This document shows positions 57,450 to 64,000 of a stretch of 64,000 nucleotides of DNA, piece by piece. The position numbers were made by a program, and so were the translations under genes. Position 1 is the stretch's first letter, and each line of letters starts with the position of its first letter. Below the pieces are notes generated by a model that had not been told where the DNA came from, made no database searches, and saw only the letters and a list, made by a program, of their open reading frames with translations. Origin of the DNA: the human T2T-CHM13v2.0 reference genome, Homo sapiens; the NCBI RefSeq assembly GCF_009914755.1, contig NC_060945.1. One strand, 5' to 3'.

Positions 57450-57869
57450 GTGATGTGCATGTATGTGTGTGACTACGTCTCCCACTCCTTCTCCACCACC
57501 CAGCCCTGGGGGCAAGCAAGCACTGGTCCATAAACATGCCAGCATCAACTGGGAGCCTCAACCAGTCAAGTTACAGAGACCATAAGCATCACCTTCCTGG
57601 CAATCTCCTGGCCATTTCTCCCCCTCTCCTCATTGGCTGCTGAAATTTTAGTAATGCGTTATCACAAAGTATCTCTTTGTTAAAGGTGGAGGCAATTCCT
57701 AATGATCCTACAATATACATAGGAGTATCTTTCCTGAGAGTTTATTTTTCAATAGTTTTCAGCATATACACAGTTTCTCCAACCATTTAAAGTAGTATCA
57801 CATGAGATGGTGGAGAAGCAATAACACACAAAAAAGTAGACTGAAGGTAGGATTAGAAGTCATTTGGTA

Positions 57870-58070
57870 AATAAAGGAAATTGACATTGATTATATACCT
57901 GATATGTTAGCCCTTTTCACATAAGTAATTTTACTTCATCTTCATTAATATGATTTTTATAGATGACCAAATGGAAGTTAAATGATTTAACAAGGCCATA
58001 CAGCTAGAAAGTGTCTGGACTAAGATTTGAATCCAGATGGGGTTAACTCCAAAACCAGTATGTTTAGTTT
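57870..58070 (-). mobile_element. MIR
   Basis: CAAGGCCATACAGCTAGAAAGTG...GATTTGAATCCAG. Confidence 0.65.
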
Positions 58071-58089
58071 CTATAAGAATCATGGATAG

Positions 58090-58490
<401 letters not shown>

Positions 58491-58515
58491 CTAAAACAGC
58501 TCCCCTTCCTTTTTC

Positions 58516-59976
58516 TTTCTTTTTTTTTTTTTTAGTATTTATTGATCATTCTTGGGTGTTTCTCGCAGAGGGGGATTTGGCAGGGTCATAGGACAATAGT
58601 GGAGGGAAGGTCAGCAGATAAACAAGTGAACAAGGGTCTTTGGTTTTCCTAGGCAGAGGACCCTGCGGCCTTCCGCAGTGTTTGTGTCCCTGGGTACTTG
58701 AGATTAGGGAGTGGTGATGACTCTTAAGGAGCATGCTGCCTTCAAGCATCTGTTTAACAAAGCACATCTTGCACCGCCCTTAATCCATTTAACCCTGAGT
58801 GGACACAGCACACGTTTCAGAGAGCACGGGGTTGGGGGTAATGTTATAGATTAACAGCATCCCAAGGCAGAAGAATTTTTCTTAGTACAGAACAAAATGG
58901 AGTCTCCTATGTCTACTTTCTACACAGACACAGCAACAATCTGATTTCTCTATCTTTTCCCCACATTTCCCCCTTTTCTATTCGACAAAACCGCCATCGT
59001 CATCATGGCCCGTTCTCAATGAGCTGTTGGGTACACCTCCCAGACGGGGCGGCCGCGGGGCAGAGGGGCTCCTCACTTCCCAGACAGGGCGGCCGGGCAG
59101 AGGGGCCCCCCACCTCCCGGACGGGGCGGCGGCCGGGCAGAGGCGCCCCCCCACCTCCCTCCCGGATGGGGCGGCGGCAGGGCGGAGATGCTCCTCACTT
59201 CCCAGACGGGGCGGGGCGGCTGCCGGGCGGAGGGGCTCCTCACTTTCCAGATGGGGCGGCTGCCAGGCGGAGGGGCTCCTCACTTCTCAGACGGGGTGGC
59301 CGGGCAGAGACGCTCCTCACCTCCCAGACGGGGTCGCGGCCGGGCAGAGGCGCTCCTCACATCCCAGACCGGGCGGCGGGGCAGAGGCGCTTCCCACATC
59401 TCAGAAGATGGGCGGCCGGGAAGAGGCGCTCCTCACTTCCCAGACTGGGCAGCCAGGCAGAGGGGCTCCTCACATCCCAGACGATGGGTGGCCAGGCAGA
59501 GACGCTCCTCACTTCCCAGACGGGGTGGCGGCCAGGCAGAGGCTGCAATCTCGGCACTTTGGGAGGCCAAGGCAGGCGGCTGGGAGGTGGAGGTTGTAGC
59601 GAGCCGAGATCACGCCACTGCACTCCAGCCTGGGCAACACTGAGCACTGAGTGAACGAGACTCCGTCTGCAATCCCGGCACCTCGGGAGGCCGAGGCTGG
59701 CAGATCACTCGCGGTTAGGAGCTGGAGACCAGCCTGGCCAACATAGCGAAACCCCGTCTCCACCAAAAAAATACGAAAACCAGTCAGGCGTGGCGGCGCG
59801 CGCCTGCAATCCCAGGCGCTCGGCAGGCTGAGGCAGGAGAATCAGGCAGGGAGGTTGCAGTGAGCCGAGATGGCAGCAGTACAGTCCAGCTTCCGCTCGG
59901 CATCAGAGGGAGACCGTGGGGAGACGGAGACAGAGAGGGAGGGAGAGGGAGGAGGAGGGGGAGAGGGAGAGGGAGC
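58516..59976 (-). mobile_element. Full-length SVA retrotransposon (older B/C-like subfamily), antisense in JAM2 intron 4
   Basis: All domains on the minus strand: CCCTCT-like hexamers (about 59915-59975), Alu-like (about 59540-59915), GC-rich VNTR (about 59030-59540), SINE-R (about 58534-59030), AATAAA (58538-58543), poly(A); perfect 14-bp TSD CCCCTTCCTTTTTC at 58502-58515 and 59977-59990. Confidence 0.97.
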
Positions 59977-60074
59977 CCCCTTCCTTTTTCATGTTGTTCA
60001 TGCTCCTTCTGAAATACTAGTGATGCACTAGTATAGGAGAAATTTAAATCAGAAAACCTTGCAGCAGATCCGGC

Positions 60075-60990
<916 letters not shown>

Positions 60991-61123
60991 CTGGGTTTTG
61001 CTGGATAATAAATAGGTCACCTAATGAAGTTTGGTTTACTTTCCAGTCCCTGAGACCAGAATAACACTAATACCTGGACCAGGTATTTTCTAACTTGGCC
61101 AGTTCTAGACAGAATGGGATTTA

Positions 61124-61460
<337 letters not shown>

Positions 61461-61468
61461 TCTATCTG

Positions 61469-61477
61469 CACACACAC

Positions 61478-61509
<32 letters not shown>

Positions 61510-61560
61510 TCTCACACACACACATTCTCTCTCTCTCTCCCTCTCTCTCCCTCTCTCTCA
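61469..61560. repeat. Compound (CA)n/(CT)n microsatellite
   Basis: Seen directly, following the Alu tail. Confidence 0.95.
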
Positions 61561-61634
61561 TTAGGCTTCTTTTAAATATAAGTGGTAATAAACCAATTGA
61601 AGAAAACAGTAGAGATCGTTTATCTAATAAAGAA

Positions 61635-62085
61635 TAGCTGTTGTATAAGCTAAAGTAATGCTTATTATTATAACAGATAAGCCCTTAACTCTCAGTGAGT
61701 TGCTTAATAGTAAGTTCCTTTCTCACTTAAGTAAAGCCTAAATAGTTGGGACAGTGGTGGAGGAGCCATATTACTTTATTTCATGAAATCATTAGAGACT
61801 CAACCTAATCTTCTGACATCTTCAATATATGACGTTCCAAGGTCACCATTGTTGTTGACACCTACTTGGTAGTTGCAGGGGGTGGAGGATACGAATGAAC
61901 ATGTGGGAGGTTTTTAATTAGTCTGGCCCAGAAATGGGATATATCACTTTTTCCCACATTCCATTGGCCAGAACTCATGTATATGACCCCATCTGGCAAC
62001 AAGAGTGCTGGGAAACATGGTCGACTGTGTGCCCATGAAGAAAGAAGATGGGTTTGTTGGACAAGTAAGCAGTCTCTATCACAGG
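61635..62085 (-). mobile_element. Old MLT1 (J/K-like) LTR
   Basis: CACATTCCATTGGCCAGAACT...CTGGGAAACATGGTC...TGTGTGCCCATGAAGAAA. Confidence 0.6.
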
Positions 62086-62217
62086 GTCCAGTAATCACAC
62101 CTCTTTACCTGGCTATTAAAACCATTGATTGTAGAGACAAAGTCAACAGCTTTGAAGAAAATAAACAACCTTGATTAGCTTATAAATAATCAATATCATT
62201 TGACTTCCATTGTTCAG

Positions 62218-62420
62218 TGGCTCCAGCAGTTCCATCATGTGAAGTACCCTCTTCTGCTCTGAGTGGAACTGTGGTAGAGCTACGATGTCAAGACAAAGAA
62301 GGGAATCCAGCTCCTGAATACACATGGTTTAAGGATGGCATCCGTTTGCTAGAAAATCCCAGACTTGGCTCCCAAAGCACCAACAGCTCATACACAATGA
62401 ATACAAAAACTGGAACTCTG
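62218..62420 (+). CDS. JAM2: JAM2 exon 5 (VAPAVPSCEVPSSALSGTVVELRCQDKEGNPAPEYTWFKDG...NTKTGTL; Ig C2 domain)
   Basis: TGTTCAG acceptor, GTAAGG donor, 203 nt; matches the ORF at 62217; gene continues beyond the window. Confidence 0.97.
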
Positions 62421-62981
62421 GTAAGGTCATTTCAAGATTTGACTTGATAACTGTCTTGCATTTGGATAAAAAAATTATTAGAACTTAAGATGACGTTTAA
62501 TAGAGAGCTGATACCATTGCTTGCTAAGTGGAGAGAGGCAGGGGCACCAGGAAAGATGGCAGCACTTGTACCACGAAGTGATGGAAAGAGCTACTACAGG
62601 ACATGGGAACAGAAAACAGAGACTGAGGGAGCTGACTGTGCAAGGACCAGTAAAAGAGCAAAGGGGCAAAGGCTCCTGAAACAAAGGAGCAAAGGCTGTG
62701 TGTTTATCTTTTCAGAATTTAAAAAGATTCTAGAATTGATAATCCTATAAATGATACCAATTAAGATTTTCGTAGACCCTAAGCTACTTCCTGGTAGTAA
62801 CTCTGGCTCTTTAAAGGAAATGTTTATTATTTGCTGCTGCAGTGAACTCACTTGTGACTTAGGAAAGTGCATTAACCCTTTTACCAGGGAGGCCTTCATT
62901 TATATAGGTGGTGTTTCCTAGGAATTAGAAATACCTAGACTACTGAGTACTACCATGTGCTATAAACTTTAAAAATTGCGC

Positions 62982-63335
<354 letters not shown>

Positions 63336-63914
63336 CTAAGCCTGATTCATGATGATGAATCAGGCAGTTATCTACAGCTGTCTTCTGGCCTGGAAAATTA
63401 CTAAGTGCAGTCTCAATTTACAACATCAGGAAAATGCATGAAAACTTGCTTGGGGATACCCTGACCATGTGAAAATAGTAACTGTAGTCAATCATGGTAG
63501 GATTCCTATATCATTAAATATTTCCATGACTGTAGATCAACAACAGTTGACTCTGTGACTTTAGTATCTATTACTTTAGAGTCCAGATATTCTGTTTCCT
63601 CCAGTAAAATATTCTTATTGAAAGACTTTCTAGGAATACTGATGACAATCTATAAGCAAGCTCTGTGAAGCTAATTACATTTAAAAATAAAAAGTATTTT
63701 ACTTTTTCATCTTTGATTATAGGAATAGAAGTGGAAGTTTAAAAAAGGGTCATTAAGCTTGAAGCTTTTTAAAAAAAATTCAGTCAATGTAATATTCTAT
63801 GTCAGTTTAAAATTGTCTGCCTTCCAGCAACGCAGAATCACTATGACAGCGATTATCAAAAAAAAAAACTTAAAGGCGTGGTGATAATAACAATTTTAAT
63901 AATTTTTAAAAATG

Positions 63915-64000
63915 TTTTTGAGACAGAGTCTTGCTCTATTGCCCCGGCTGGAGTGCATTGACGCAGTCTTGGCTCACTGCAACCTCTGCCTCCTAGGTTC
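63915..64000 (-). mobile_element. Alu 3' end, cut by the window edge
   Basis: TTTTTGAGACAGAGTCTTGCTC...CTGCAACCTCTGCCTCC. Confidence 0.9.

Overview
Human (hominid) genomic DNA containing the 5' part of JAM2 (junctional adhesion molecule B, chr21q21) on the + strand. It shows a CpG-island promoter and coding exons 1-5 (3363-3429, 47422-47487, 53406-53513, 57297-57449, 62218-62420), which splice GT-AG in frame to codons 1-199: signal peptide, Ig V domain and most of the Ig C2 domain. The remaining exons lie beyond the window. The introns are dominated by transposon fossils: over 35 Alu copies or fragments, MaLR/ERVL/ERV1 solo LTRs, L1, L2, MIR and DNA transposons. Three nested passengers stand out. 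(1) A very old, frameshifted processed pseudogene of the mRNA capping enzyme RNGTT lies in intron 1 (about 7035-8346), split by an MLT1 LTR and lacking its 3' half. (2) A processed ferredoxin/adrenodoxin (FDX1) pseudogene lies in intron 3 (about 55586-56735). (3) A full-length antisense SVA with a 14-bp TSD lies in intron 4 (58516-59976). I found no evidence for a genuinely new multi-gene system, and nearly all other ORFs in the track are repeat-derived or GC-rich artefacts. The best open leads are splice-site geometry at exon 4, a cryptic acceptor made by the SVA tail, and candidate intronic enhancers. Repeat subfamily calls and protein comparisons come from recalled consensus sequences, not from a search.
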